Source: Myxococcota bacterium
Lineage (GTDB): Bacteria > Myxococcota_A > Polyangia > Polyangiales > Sandaracinaceae
Reading direction: 5' to 3'
NCBI GenBank assembly: GCA_036149055.1
Contig: JAYZQJ010000017.1
Coordinates: 21,583 to 85,582 of the forward strand
Length of the DNA stretch: 64,000 nucleotides
Numbering within the stretch: position 1 is the stretch's first letter; the number at the start of each line of letters is the position of its first letter. This document shows, one piece after another, positions 21,501 through 31,109 of the stretch. Under the pieces are notes generated by a model. The model did not search any database, was not told where the DNA came from, and saw only the letters and a list, made by a program, of their open reading frames with translations. The position numbers were made by a program, and so were the translations under genes.

Positions 21501-21518
21501 CGATAATCGTTCTCGCAA
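21501..21518 (-). promoter_or_regulatory. Fur-box-like operator upstream of feoAB
   Basis: Minus strand reads TTG-CGAGAAC-G-ATTATCG, resembling the 7-1-7 TGATAAT-N-ATTATCA site; lies just upstream of the feoA GTG. Confidence 0.65.
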
Positions 21519-21623
21519 CCGCGGCAAGCCGGCGTCGCACACGTGATTCCCCCGGGAATTTCACCTCGATCGGCGACCGTACGAAGATTACACTGTCCGA
21601 GGATGATTCCGGAACGGGTGAAC

Positions 21624-22388
21624 ATGCGAGAGTCGACGTCGGCCGGGGGGCTGGTGGCGAGCGCGGTGGCGGAAGCCGTCGGCGCGTTCGCGGCCCCTCG
21701 GGTGCGGGCGAAGGTGCTCGAGCTCGCCCTCCGGTGGGCCCGACGCGGGGACATCCCCGAGTGGGGTCCCGACGTGCGCGACTTCGTCGAGGGACCGCTG
21801 CTCCGGGCGACCGAGGAGCTGCTGGGCGCGGACCTCGCGTCCGCCATCTCGGACGAGCTCGCGCCGATGGTGCGCATGCTCGACGACGCCGAGAGCTCGG
21901 GCGTGCGCAAGAGCGTGCCCGCGCCGCCCGCCCTCCCCGACTTCGAGCGCGCCCCGGCGCCGCTGCCCGACCGGCCGCGCGCGACGGGTCACCGCCTGAT
22001 GGCCACCGACCCCGCGCCGAGCAGCCTGCCGATCGTGCTGATCGCGAGCGGCGACCCGGGGGCGGTCGAGGCCCTGAGCCTGGCCCTGGCCGGCCACGCG
22101 ACGGTCGAGCCGGTACGTGACGCGCTCGCCATCCTCGAGAACCTCGGGGGCGACGACGCCGCGGTGGTGGTCATGGACTGCCGCCGCCCGGTGGTGCGGG
22201 TCGAGACCCTGCTCGCGCTCTCGCCCGAGCTGCCGCCCGACAGCCGGGTCGTGCTCTGGGGCGAGCCGCGCAACCTCGACGACTCGCTCCGCATGCTCGG
22301 CGTCGGCCTGCCGCCGTCCTGGGTGCGCTGCGGCCGCGAGGCCCGCCAGGACGACGTGGCGGCGGTGTGCCGCGTGATCTCCACGTGA
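21624..22388 (+). CDS. Hypothetical protein with degenerate receiver-like C-terminal domain
   Basis: IVLIAS..VVVMDC..VVLWG beta/alpha pattern; start uncertain. Confidence 0.6.
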   Translation: MRESTSAGGLVASAVAEAVGAFAAPRVRAKVLELALRWARRGDIPEWGPDVRDFVEGPLLRATEELLGADLASAISDELAPMVRMLDDAESSGVRKSVPAPPALPDFERAPAPLPDRPRATGHRLMATDPAPSSLPIVLIASGDPGAVEALSLALAGHATVEPVRDALAILENLGGDDAAVVVMDCRRPVVRVETLLALSPELPPDSRVVLWGEPRNLDDSLRMLGVGLPPSWVRCGREARQDDVAAVCRVIST

Positions 22389-22410
22389 GCGCGTGGTAGC
22401 CCGAGGGCGC

Positions 22411-23337
22411 ATGACGCTGCCCGCGCTCGCCCCGCCCTTCCCCGACGTCGACAGCGCCGCGGCCGGCCTCGAGGCCGCCGACTACCTCGCCGATCGCGAG
22501 ACCGTCGTCGTCGCCTGGCTCGCCGGCCAGCTCGGCCGCCCCCTGCTCCTCGAGGGCCCGCCCGGCGTCGGCAAGACCGAGCTCGCCAAGGCCGTGGCCC
22601 GGGCCACCGGCCGGGAGCTGGTCCGCTTGCAATGCTACGAGGGCCTCGACGAGGCCAAGGCGCTCTACGAGTGGGAGTACGGCAAGCAGATGCTCTACAC
22701 CCAGCTCCTCCGGGACACCGTCGCCGAGACCGTCGCCGGCGCCCGGGACCTCGGCGAGGCCGTCGAGCGCGTCGCGGCGCACGACGCCGCCTTCTTCCAC
22801 GAGCGCTTCCTCGCCCCGCGCCCGCTCCTGGCCGCGCTCCGGAGCGAGGCCCCCGTCGTCCTGCTCGTCGACGAGGTCGACCGCAGCGACCCCGAGCTCG
22901 AGGCGCTGCTGCTCGAGGTCCTCAGCGACTTCGCCGTCAGCGTCCCCGAGCTCGGCACCCTCCCCGCGCGCAGCCGCCCCTACGTCGTGCTCACCAGCAA
23001 CGCCACCCGCGAGCTCACCGAAGCCCTGCGCCGCCGCTGCCTGCACCTCACCCTGGACTTCCCGAGCGAGAAGCGCGAGCTCGCCATCGTGCGCCGCCGC
23101 GTCCCCGAAGCCCAGGACGCCCTCGCCGCCCAGCTCGTCGCCTTCGTCCAGTCCGTGCGTGCTCTCGACCTTCGCAAGACCCCTTCCGTCGCCGAGACCC
23201 TCGACTGGGCCCGCTCCCTCGTCCTTCTCGGCGCCGAGGCCCTCGACCCCGCCCTCGTCCGCGACACCCTCGGCGTCCTCGCCAAGCACCGCGAAGACGC
23301 CGAGCGCATCGAAGCCACCCTCCACGAGCACCTCTGA
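22411..23337 (+). CDS. MoxR-family AAA+ ATPase (CoxD-like)
   Basis: LLEGPPGVGKT, RLQCYEGLD, LLVDEVD, LTSN, ALRRRC, SVAETLDW. Confidence 0.93.
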   Translation: MTLPALAPPFPDVDSAAAGLEAADYLADRETVVVAWLAGQLGRPLLLEGPPGVGKTELAKAVARATGRELVRLQCYEGLDEAKALYEWEYGKQMLYTQLLRDTVAETVAGARDLGEAVERVAAHDAAFFHERFLAPRPLLAALRSEAPVVLLVDEVDRSDPELEALLLEVLSDFAVSVPELGTLPARSRPYVVLTSNATRELTEALRRRCLHLTLDFPSEKRELAIVRRRVPEAQDALAAQLVAFVQSVRALDLRKTPSVAETLDWARSLVLLGAEALDPALVRDTLGVLAKHREDAERIEATLHEHL

Positions 23338-23355
23338 CGGGGGGGCGAGCGGCGG

Positions 23356-24174
23356 CTACTCGGCCATCAGCTCGCGGACCAGCGCCGCGTCGTCGAGCGG
23401 CTCGGTCGCCGGGTCGCCCTTCTCGAGCGCGCCGCGCAGCCAGGGCCAGTGCGGGCCGCGGTTGCGGCAGCCCTGGGCGCGCTCGCGCTCGGTGCAGAGC
23501 ACCCGGATGTGGAAGTGGTCGTCGTGGGGGCTCGCGTCGGCGGGCTGGTGCAGCACGAACGCGGCCCGCGCGATGGCGCGGGGGTCCGGCTCGTGGGCCT
23601 GCGCCCAGCGGAGCAGCCGGGCCTTCACGCCGCGGCTCACGAAGATCCACTGCACCGCCCAGTCCTCGTCGAGCAGCAGGGTGCGCACGAAGTGCCAGTT
23701 GCGCGCGTCGTCGAAGAGGAAGAGCGCCGGCGCCTGCCCCTCCCGCGCGTCCACCGCGAAGCCGAAGCGGTTGTAGGCCAGCCAGCCGCGCGCCTCCCGG
23801 GACCGGCCGCTGGGATCGGTGACGTAGAAGAGCACGTCGGCGTCGCGCCCGGTCCGGTGGCTGCCGTGGCGGTGATGGCGGCCGCCCCAGGGCGACGACA
23901 GGTCTCCGACCCGCACCGGCGCGCTGCCCGGGAAGCGCCCCGCGACCGAGGCCGCGGCGCCCTCGAGCGCGGCGATCAGGCGGGGCGTCCCGTAGCGCGT
24001 CGCCTCGCCCGGCCGCGCGCGCACGTAGCCCTCCCCGCGGTCCGGCAGCGCCCTCCCGTCGCGCAGCACGCCGTGGTTCGTCACCCCGAACGACAAGGGC
24101 TCGTCCGGCGCGGGGACGAAGCCGAGGCAGCCCGTCATCAGCGCGAAGACGACCGGCGCGGCGCGGCGGAGCAT
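23356..24174 (-). CDS. mepA: Penicillin-insensitive murein endopeptidase (MepA family), lipoprotein
   Basis: Lipobox MTGC; GDLS..GG..HGSHRTGRDAD; HDDHFHIR. Confidence 0.85.
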   Translation of the reverse strand: MLRRAAPVVFALMTGCLGFVPAPDEPLSFGVTNHGVLRDGRALPDRGEGYVRARPGEATRYGTPRLIAALEGAAASVAGRFPGSAPVRVGDLSSPWGGRHHRHGSHRTGRDADVLFYVTDPSGRSREARGWLAYNRFGFAVDAREGQAPALFLFDDARNWHFVRTLLLDEDWAVQWIFVSRGVKARLLRWAQAHEPDPRAIARAAFVLHQPADASPHDDHFHIRVLCTERERAQGCRNRGPHWPWLRGALEKGDPATEPLDDAALVRELMAE

Positions 24175-24233
24175 GCCCACTGGATAACACGGGGCTTGAC
24201 GCGGGGCGCCACTCACGTAGATCCCCGGGCCGC

Positions 24234-25256
24234 ATGGAAGACGAGCTCGAGCCGATGGGCCAGCTGGCCGCGCACCTCGACCGGGGCTGGGACCTCGTGG
24301 CGAAGGGAGACCTGCGCCGCGCCGCGCTGAGCGCCGAGAAGTCGCTCGAGCTCGATGAGGCCTCCCCCGAGGCCCACAACCTGCTCGGCTACATCGCCCA
24401 GGCCGAGGGTCAGGACGAGGACGCGCTCGAGCACTACCAGCACGCGCTGGAGCTCGACGAGGGCTACGTGGACGCGATGCTGAACGCCGCCGACGTGCTG
24501 GTGCGCATGCAGGACCACGACGCGGCGCTCGCCATGGTGCACGAGGCGCTCGACTGGCTGCAGGACGACGAGATCGACGAGCGGACCGACGCGATGCTGG
24601 TCGAGCTCGACATCCACCTCTTCCGCGGTGAGCGCGAGGCGGCGGCCAGCGTGGCCCGCGACCTGCCGACCGGCCCCTTCGAGAACCCGGGCCTCGTGCT
24701 CCACGTCGGCCGCGCCAAGCTCGACACCGGCGACCTCGACGGCGCCGAGCCGCTCATCGAGCAGGCCATCGGGCAGCAGCCGCCGACCTCGGACGCGTTC
24801 TACTACCACGGCCTGATCCGCGAGCAGCGCGACGACGCGCGCGGCGCCCTGCTCGCCTTCCTCCAGGCCCGCGAGCTCGACGCGCGCATGCCGCCGATGC
24901 CCTGGAGCCTCCCGCGCGAGCAGCTCGAGCAGCGCGTGCAGGCGGTCTTCGGCGGCCTCCCGGCCGAGCTGACCCGCGTCCTCGAGGGCGCGCTGGTCGT
25001 CGTCACCGACCTGCCCGGCGCCGAGATCGTCGCCGACGGCGTCGACCCGCGCATCCCGGTGCTCCTGGACGTGCCGGCCGAGGAGGCCGAGGCGCCGACC
25101 CGCGTCGTGCGCGTCTTCCTCTACCAGCGCAACATCGAGCGCGTCGCCGCCGGCGTGCTCGAGATCGACGACGAGATCCGGCGCGCCCTGGAGGCCGAGC
25201 TCCGCGCGACCTTCCCGCACCTCGACGAGGCCGCGCCCCCGGACCCGGAGCCCTAG
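24234..25256 (+). CDS. TPR protein with C-terminal zincin-like domain lacking HExxH
   Basis: TPR repeats (EAHNLLG, AFYYHG); C-terminal DLP..DPR..LYQRNIER followed by RALEAEL. Confidence 0.75.
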   Translation: MEDELEPMGQLAAHLDRGWDLVAKGDLRRAALSAEKSLELDEASPEAHNLLGYIAQAEGQDEDALEHYQHALELDEGYVDAMLNAADVLVRMQDHDAALAMVHEALDWLQDDEIDERTDAMLVELDIHLFRGEREAAASVARDLPTGPFENPGLVLHVGRAKLDTGDLDGAEPLIEQAIGQQPPTSDAFYYHGLIREQRDDARGALLAFLQARELDARMPPMPWSLPREQLEQRVQAVFGGLPAELTRVLEGALVVVTDLPGAEIVADGVDPRIPVLLDVPAEEAEAPTRVVRVFLYQRNIERVAAGVLEIDDEIRRALEAELRATFPHLDEAAPPDPEP

Positions 25257-25346
25257 CTCGGCGCGCCCGCCCGCTGGGACGGCCCGGACGCGATTTGACC
25301 CGGTCCCCGTCCGCGGGCAACGTCCCCGCCCATCGAGGTGTCACAC

Positions 25347-26300
25347 ATGGTCAATCGTTCGCTCGTGCTCTTCTTCTCCTTCGGGCTGGTCGCCTGCTCG
25401 CTCGGCGCTCGCCCGCCCGGACGCCTCGGCGATGGTGGCGGCGCCGCCCCCACGGCCGACGGAGGCGCGCCTGCGCCGGGGAGTGACGCGGGTGAGTGCG
25501 TCCCCTCGCCGGAGGACACGCCCGAGACCTGCTCGGACGGCCTCGACAACAACTGCAACTTCCAGTGGGACTGCTCGGACGTGGCGTGCTCGGGGGTCGG
25601 CGACTGCCCGATCTGCGGCACCGTCGACACGCCCCTCGGCGCGCCGCTCGCCCTCCCCGACGGCGTGGGAGGCTCGAGCTGCGCGAGCGACGCGGACTGC
25701 CCCGGCGAGCAGACCTGCTTCACGATCGACGGGATCTTCGGGCCCACACAGGAGTGCCGCGAGTCCTACCGCTCGACGCTCAGCTTCATCGGCTTCGGCG
25801 GCGCGACCTTCGACTCCGTGAACGACATCACGTCGATCTGCGTGGTGATGGAGCACTCCTGGATCCGGGATCTCGAGATCGCCCTCGAGGCGCCCAATGG
25901 CGCCCGCGTCCGGCTGCAGGAGTTCCTCGGGCAGGAGGGCGGCGAGGTCTACCTCGGCACGGCGAACGATTGCGACGACGACGGGGCGCCCTCTCCGGGC
26001 ACCGGCGCGCGCTACTGCTGGACGCCGACCGCGACGCGCCAGTCGATGCTCGACTACGCCAACGCGATGGGAGCGATGGACAGCGTGCCCTCCTGCAGCG
26101 GCTCCGGCGCCGTCGACAGCCTGCCCCCGGGGGACTACTCCGCGGCCGACGACTGGTCGAGACTGCTCGGCGCCCCTCTCAACGGCGACTGGACCCTCTC
26201 GGTCACCGATCTCTGGGGCATCGACAACGGGTACATCTTCGAGTGGTCGATCTCGTTCGATCCGACGACCGTCGAAGACTGCTCCTCGCCGCTGATCTGA
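25347..26300 (+). CDS. Cys-rich lipoprotein with proprotein-convertase P-domain
   Basis: LVAC lipobox; ETCSDGLDNNC repeat; HSWIRDLEIALEAPNG and NGDWTLSVTD..DNG. Confidence 0.8.
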   Translation: MVNRSLVLFFSFGLVACSLGARPPGRLGDGGGAAPTADGGAPAPGSDAGECVPSPEDTPETCSDGLDNNCNFQWDCSDVACSGVGDCPICGTVDTPLGAPLALPDGVGGSSCASDADCPGEQTCFTIDGIFGPTQECRESYRSTLSFIGFGGATFDSVNDITSICVVMEHSWIRDLEIALEAPNGARVRLQEFLGQEGGEVYLGTANDCDDDGAPSPGTGARYCWTPTATRQSMLDYANAMGAMDSVPSCSGSGAVDSLPPGDYSAADDWSRLLGAPLNGDWTLSVTDLWGIDNGYIFEWSISFDPTTVEDCSSPLI

Positions 26301-26325
26301 CCGAACACCCCTTCGCCGAATCGGC

Positions 26326-27333
26326 TCACAGCATCGCGTCGATGGCGCGGACCATGTCGGCGTCGAGGGCGCGGTGGTGGGCGATGCGGACGTCGAGGTC
26401 CCGGTCGCGGAAGCGTGCGAGGGCGCGGCCGATGGCGCTGGCGATCCACGCTGGCGCGTTGCCGAAGGCGCCGCCGCCGAGGAAGGTCAGCCACACCTTG
26501 CCGGATCCTTCGCGCTCCTCCGCGTCGAGCAGCGCGCAGCGCAGGGTCGCCTCGTAGGCCGCGTCGAGCACGAGGGTGGCGAGCGGCCGCCAGAGCGCGA
26601 GGCTCCCGCTCGCGTAGCCGCAGGAGAGCGCGGAGCAGAACGCCTGGGACACACGGCGCGGCGCGTCGGGGGGCGTGAAGCGGGTCGCGAACGTGACCTC
26701 GACGCCGGTCTGGAGGCCGACCCGCAGCGCCCCCATCAGCGCGTCCCGGTCCGCCGCCTCGAGCGCCTCGCCCAGCGCGCGGAGCTTCTCGGGGGTGGAG
26801 AACGTGTAGCCGTTGCGCACCTCGACCAGCCCGCCCGCCTCGCCGAGCGCCGCCTGCACCCCGGCGAGGTTCTCGATCTGCCGGTCGCGCGTCTGACCGG
26901 CGCGCCCATCCACCGGAGCGAAGTAGTTGCGGTACACCGTCGCCGCGCCGGCGGCGAGCGAGCAGGCCGGCCCCTGCGTCGGGTCCATCGCGTACTGCGT
27001 CACCCCGTCCTCGGGCACGTCACGAGGGTCCGCGAACTCCAGGCAGTTGAGCTGCGACGCCACCTGGAACAGCGCGCCCTCGTTCTCGGGCCGCGCGTGC
27101 AGCTCGAGCACGTCCCCGGTCACCTCGTGCGTCACCCGGAGCGCGCCCGGCCGCGCGTGAACGGTGCGCTCCCGGAGCGACGCGAGCGACGGCGTCTCGA
27201 AGCGCCCGACCGCGAAGCGCCGGCCGTTGGCGCGCGACACCAGCGCCTCTCCGTCCAGCGCGAAGCGCGCGCGCGTCGCCTCGTAGTCGCCCTCCGGGAA
27301 CCCGAAGAGCTGCTCGAACCAGGTCTGCGTCAT
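26326..27333 (-). CDS. Conserved hypothetical protein, macro/PARG-like
   Basis: LFQVASQLNCLE, TQGPAC, LTFLGGGAFGN motifs. Confidence 0.7.
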   Translation of the reverse strand: MTQTWFEQLFGFPEGDYEATRARFALDGEALVSRANGRRFAVGRFETPSLASLRERTVHARPGALRVTHEVTGDVLELHARPENEGALFQVASQLNCLEFADPRDVPEDGVTQYAMDPTQGPACSLAAGAATVYRNYFAPVDGRAGQTRDRQIENLAGVQAALGEAGGLVEVRNGYTFSTPEKLRALGEALEAADRDALMGALRVGLQTGVEVTFATRFTPPDAPRRVSQAFCSALSCGYASGSLALWRPLATLVLDAAYEATLRCALLDAEEREGSGKVWLTFLGGGAFGNAPAWIASAIGRALARFRDRDLDVRIAHHRALDADMVRAIDAML

Positions 27334-27404
27334 GCTCGCCCACCCTACCCCGAAGGGCCCCCTCTTCGCGCTCCCCGCGTCGGTTCGGTGTAGGCTTTGC
27401 CGCC

Positions 27405-28025
27405 GTGGGTGGGACGGACGGGGACAAGCGGCGGCGGATCATCGCCGCGGCGGTGGAGCTGCTCGAGGAGGGCGGGCCGTCGCTCAGCTTCCGGGCGGTG
27501 GCGCGCGCGGCGGGGGTCAGCCGAGGCGCCGTGCAGCACTACTTCCCGGACCGCGACGCGCTCGTGCAGGGCTGCCTCGCGCACCTCGAGGAGGCGTTCG
27601 CGGAGATGGGCGTCGCGCTCGGCGGCGCGGGGCTCGAGCCGGGCGCGCCGTTCATCCAGGAGGCGGCGCGGCGGCTCTATCGCTTCGGCCGGGAGCACCG
27701 CACGCTGCTGCAGCTCCGCTTGCAGACGGCCGCGCCCGACGAGGTGGGCGGCGGGCACTGGACCCGCACGCTGACGCTCGGCCCCGGCGTGGGCGCGGTG
27801 GTCGCGCCGCACTCGACCGTGCCGCCCGCGGAGCTCGGCGCGACGGTGAAGTCGCTCGTCATGGCCATCGGTCGCTTCGCGTTCATGAGCGACGAGGAGC
27901 TGACCAACATGACGGGCGAGGACGACGTGGACGCGGCGAGCGACGCGGCCGAGCGCTACCTCGCGTCGTGCGCGCTCCGGCTGCTCCGCCCCGGCTCGCC
28001 CAAGGGCGCGGCGTCTACGGCGTGA
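27405..28025 (+). CDS. TetR family regulator
   Basis: IIAAA..LSFRAVARAAGVSRGAVQHYFPDRDAL HTH. Confidence 0.88.
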   Translation: MGGTDGDKRRRIIAAAVELLEEGGPSLSFRAVARAAGVSRGAVQHYFPDRDALVQGCLAHLEEAFAEMGVALGGAGLEPGAPFIQEAARRLYRFGREHRTLLQLRLQTAAPDEVGGGHWTRTLTLGPGVGAVVAPHSTVPPAELGATVKSLVMAIGRFAFMSDEELTNMTGEDDVDAASDAAERYLASCALRLLRPGSPKGAASTA

Positions 28026-28641
28026 GCAGCCGGACGGCCGTGCGCGCCACGTGCGCCTCGGCCAGCGCGAGCACCGCCTCCGGCGACGCCCCCGGCTCGG
28101 CCTCGACGAAGGCCGCCATGTCGTCGGGCTGGAGGATCGCGAGCCCGAGGATCATGGAAGCGAGCGCCTGCACCGCGAGCCTCGCCTCGATCTCCTCCAT
28201 CCCGCACATCGCGCAGAGCGCCGGGACCCAGCCCGCGAGCCCCCGGCCGAAGAGCAGCTGACGCCGCCGCGGGTGCAGCTCGCCGCGCACGATGGTGGTG
28301 CCCAGTCGGAAGCGCACCAGCGCCCGGTCGCGCCGCGCCCAGCTCCAGAACGCGCGGGCCGCGAGCTCGACGCTGCGCGCGGGCTGATCGACGCGGACCT
28401 CCGACACCACCGCGCCGACCGCGGCGTCGAGCCGCTCGTAGTAGCCGTCGAGGCAAGCCTCGAGCAGCTCCTCGCGCGAGCCGAAGTAGTACTGCACCGT
28501 ACCCTGACTGCAGCCCGCCTCGCGCGCCACCGCGCGGAGCGACAGCGAGCCGTGCTCTCCCTCCGCCTCGAGCACGCGGAGCGCGGCGGCGAGGATGGAG
28601 TCGTAGGTCTTTGCGCTGTCGGCGTCGGGCGGGCGTGCCAC
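28015..28641 (-). CDS. TetR family regulator
   Basis: ILAAA..LSLRAVAREAGCSQGTVQYYFGSREEL HTH; GTG start at 28641. Confidence 0.88.
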   Translation of the reverse strand: MARPPDADSAKTYDSILAAALRVLEAEGEHGSLSLRAVAREAGCSQGTVQYYFGSREELLEACLDGYYERLDAAVGAVVSEVRVDQPARSVELAARAFWSWARRDRALVRFRLGTTIVRGELHPRRRQLLFGRGLAGWVPALCAMCGMEEIEARLAVQALASMILGLAILQPDDMAAFVEAEPGASPEAVLALAEAHVARTAVRLLTP

Positions 28642-28764
28642 GGGCGAGCTCCTGCGCTGGGCACCATAGCGCGGACCGCCGCGCGACGTCGCCAGACCAC
28701 CGTACGATTCCGCCGATTGTCGGTCCGCCCTCCCAGTGACACCACATCTCGCAGGGAGGACCTC

Positions 28765-29625
28765 ATGAGCCGACACTCGATCATCGCAACCCTCATCACC
28801 CTCGGCGCGCTCGCGACCGGATGCACGGCCGAGAGCCGCGGCGAGCCCTCGCGAGACGAGGCCCGCGCGCTCGCCTCCAGCGGGAAGGCCGACGGGAGCG
28901 ATCTCTGCGCGCTCCACGGCTGGTACGACGACGCCGTCTGCGACGAGTTCTGCGAGCGCCCCGACCCGGACTGCGAGGGCAGCTGCGCGGTCGATGACGA
29001 CTGCCCCCAGCCGATGTGCGCGCCGGGCGGCCCCTGCCCCCGCTCGCGCTGCGTCGAGGGCGCGTGTGGCGTGGAGCTCGTGACCGAGGAGCGCTGCGCC
29101 GAAGGCAGCCGCGCCTGCGAGACCTGCGGGGGCGCCTACGTCTGCGCGCCGGACGGCATCTCGTGCCCGCTCGTCCGCTGCGACGAGCCCCTCGACGGAG
29201 GGTGCGCGCCCGGCGAGCAGCGCTGCGACGGCTGCTTCGGAGACGTGCTCTGCGCGCCCGCCGAGGTCTCGTGCCCGCTCGTGACCTGCGTCGGCCCCGG
29301 CCCCGAGTGCGCCGAGGGCGAGCGCGAGTGCGCCAGCTGCGACGGCGAGCTCGTCTGCGTCGGGCCCGACGGCCGGTGCCCCACCCCCGCCGAGTGCGAG
29401 GCGAGCGCGGCGTGCCCGGACGGTCAGCGCGCCTGCGAGACCTGCGGCGGGAGCTTCGTCTGCGCGCCGGCCGCGGTGTCCTGCCCGCTGGTCCTCTGCG
29501 ACGAGTCGGTCTGTCAGGACAGCTGCGCCTACGCCGGGGACGGCGAGTGTGACGACGGCGGGCCCGACTCGGACTACTCGCTCTGCCCGCTCGGCACCGA
29601 CTGCGCCGACTGCGGCCCGCGCTGA
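28765..29625 (+). CDS. Cys-rich repeat lipoprotein
   Basis: GGAGG SD; LATGC lipobox; GKAD motif; four C..G.R.C..C.G..VC repeats. Confidence 0.8.
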   Translation: MSRHSIIATLITLGALATGCTAESRGEPSRDEARALASSGKADGSDLCALHGWYDDAVCDEFCERPDPDCEGSCAVDDDCPQPMCAPGGPCPRSRCVEGACGVELVTEERCAEGSRACETCGGAYVCAPDGISCPLVRCDEPLDGGCAPGEQRCDGCFGDVLCAPAEVSCPLVTCVGPGPECAEGERECASCDGELVCVGPDGRCPTPAECEASAACPDGQRACETCGGSFVCAPAAVSCPLVLCDESVCQDSCAYAGDGECDDGGPDSDYSLCPLGTDCADCGPR

Positions 29626-29647
29626 GCCCTGGGGCCTTCCGCCGCCG

Positions 29648-31039
29648 TCAGTTGGGGGTGGCAGCGCCGGGCCGGCCGCAGCAGCGCTTGAACTTGGCGC
29701 CGCTCCCGCACTCGCACGGATCGTTGCGCCCGGGGCGCGCCTTGGCGGTGACCGGCCGGGGCGCGCCGTGCTCCTGGCGCTCGAGCTCGAGCGTCGCGAT
29801 GACGGCGCGCGCGTCGTAGGGGCGCCGGATCGCGTCCACCAGCACCTGGGGGAGATAGAGGTCGGTCGGCTCGCAGCTCGCGAGCCAGGGCAGCGCGCAG
29901 GCCACGTCCACGAGCCGCTCGGGCTGCAGCACGGCGCTCGTGTCCTGCGCGGAGAGCGAGCGCGCCAGATCGCGGGGTGCGTCCTCGCGGCGCTCGTAGC
30001 GAAACTCCTCCGGCAGGTGCTCGGCCACGTGCACCATCACCTCCTGCGACGCCTGCGCGTGGGCCTCCTCCAGCTCCTCCGGCGCATCGGCCAGCAGCTT
30101 GGTCAGCTCTCGCAGGATGCCGTCCATCGCCTGGAGGTACTCGCGATCCATCTCGACGTACGCGCGCCTGGCGCGCAGGAGCTTGAACGCCTCGCCCCGG
30201 GCCTTGGCGCTGTGCAGCCCCACCGCGGCGGTCGCCAGGAAGCCGTCCGCCAGCCCGAAGAACGTCACCGGATCGCGGAGCCGCGCCTTGAGCCCCGGCA
30301 GCTGCGCCTTGCCGACGCGCGCGGTCGACCACAGCGCGCGGTAGACCACGGCGCCCACCCCGCTCGAGACGCCCGGCCACGACCAGGTGAAGCTGCCGTC
30401 GGCGAGCACCCGGGCGAGCATCTCGCGGCTCGACTGGCTGAGCGCGGCGAGCACGTAGAGGTGCGAGCACGCCCAGAGATCGGACCAGTACCGCCGGAGC
30501 GCGCGCTCGTGCTTTCGCTTGGGCCGCGTCACCCCCACGAGGCGCCGCTTGGCGAGCAGCACGTCCGAGCTGACGTCGACGCACGCCCGCAGGAGCGAGT
30601 CCCCGAGGAGCGGCTCCCACCGGGCGATGTCCTCGAGCTGCTCCCGGCTGAGGTAGGGCCCGGCCTCGTAGAGCTGGTTGAACTTCTGGCGGAGCAGCCC
30701 CTCGTTCTCGGCGCAGTACTCCAGCTGCGCGATCATCTCGCGAGCCCGCTCGACGTCGCGCGCCGCCGCGTCCAGCTGCGCCCGCGTCACCACCGGCAGA
30801 TCCACCCGCATCCCGCGCGCGAGGCAGGTGACGAAGCGCCCCTCGCGCGTGACGATCACATACGGCCCCTCGACCGGGTCCACGAGCGCGAGCGCCACCC
30901 GCTCCGCGCCCTCCGGCAGCTTGGCTCGCTGCAAGGTCGCCCCGAGCAGCGCCGGGTCGTTGTAGAGCCGCAGCGCGAGCTCGACCTGCGGATCGGCCAA
31001 CCGATCCAGACGCCGGAGAAAGTGCGCCGCGTGCCCCAC
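29648..31039 (-). CDS. SEC-C motif-containing protein
   Basis: C-terminal PGRNDPCECGSGAKFKRCC. Confidence 0.85.
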   Translation of the reverse strand: MGHAAHFLRRLDRLADPQVELALRLYNDPALLGATLQRAKLPEGAERVALALVDPVEGPYVIVTREGRFVTCLARGMRVDLPVVTRAQLDAAARDVERAREMIAQLEYCAENEGLLRQKFNQLYEAGPYLSREQLEDIARWEPLLGDSLLRACVDVSSDVLLAKRRLVGVTRPKRKHERALRRYWSDLWACSHLYVLAALSQSSREMLARVLADGSFTWSWPGVSSGVGAVVYRALWSTARVGKAQLPGLKARLRDPVTFFGLADGFLATAAVGLHSAKARGEAFKLLRARRAYVEMDREYLQAMDGILRELTKLLADAPEELEEAHAQASQEVMVHVAEHLPEEFRYERREDAPRDLARSLSAQDTSAVLQPERLVDVACALPWLASCEPTDLYLPQVLVDAIRRPYDARAVIATLELERQEHGAPRPVTAKARPGRNDPCECGSGAKFKRCCGRPGAATPN

Positions 31040-31109
31040 GCTACATAGCTTGACGGAACACGCGGCGGATTCCAAGTCAGCTCGGACGCAGCCCATCCAG
31101 TCCGCCGGC

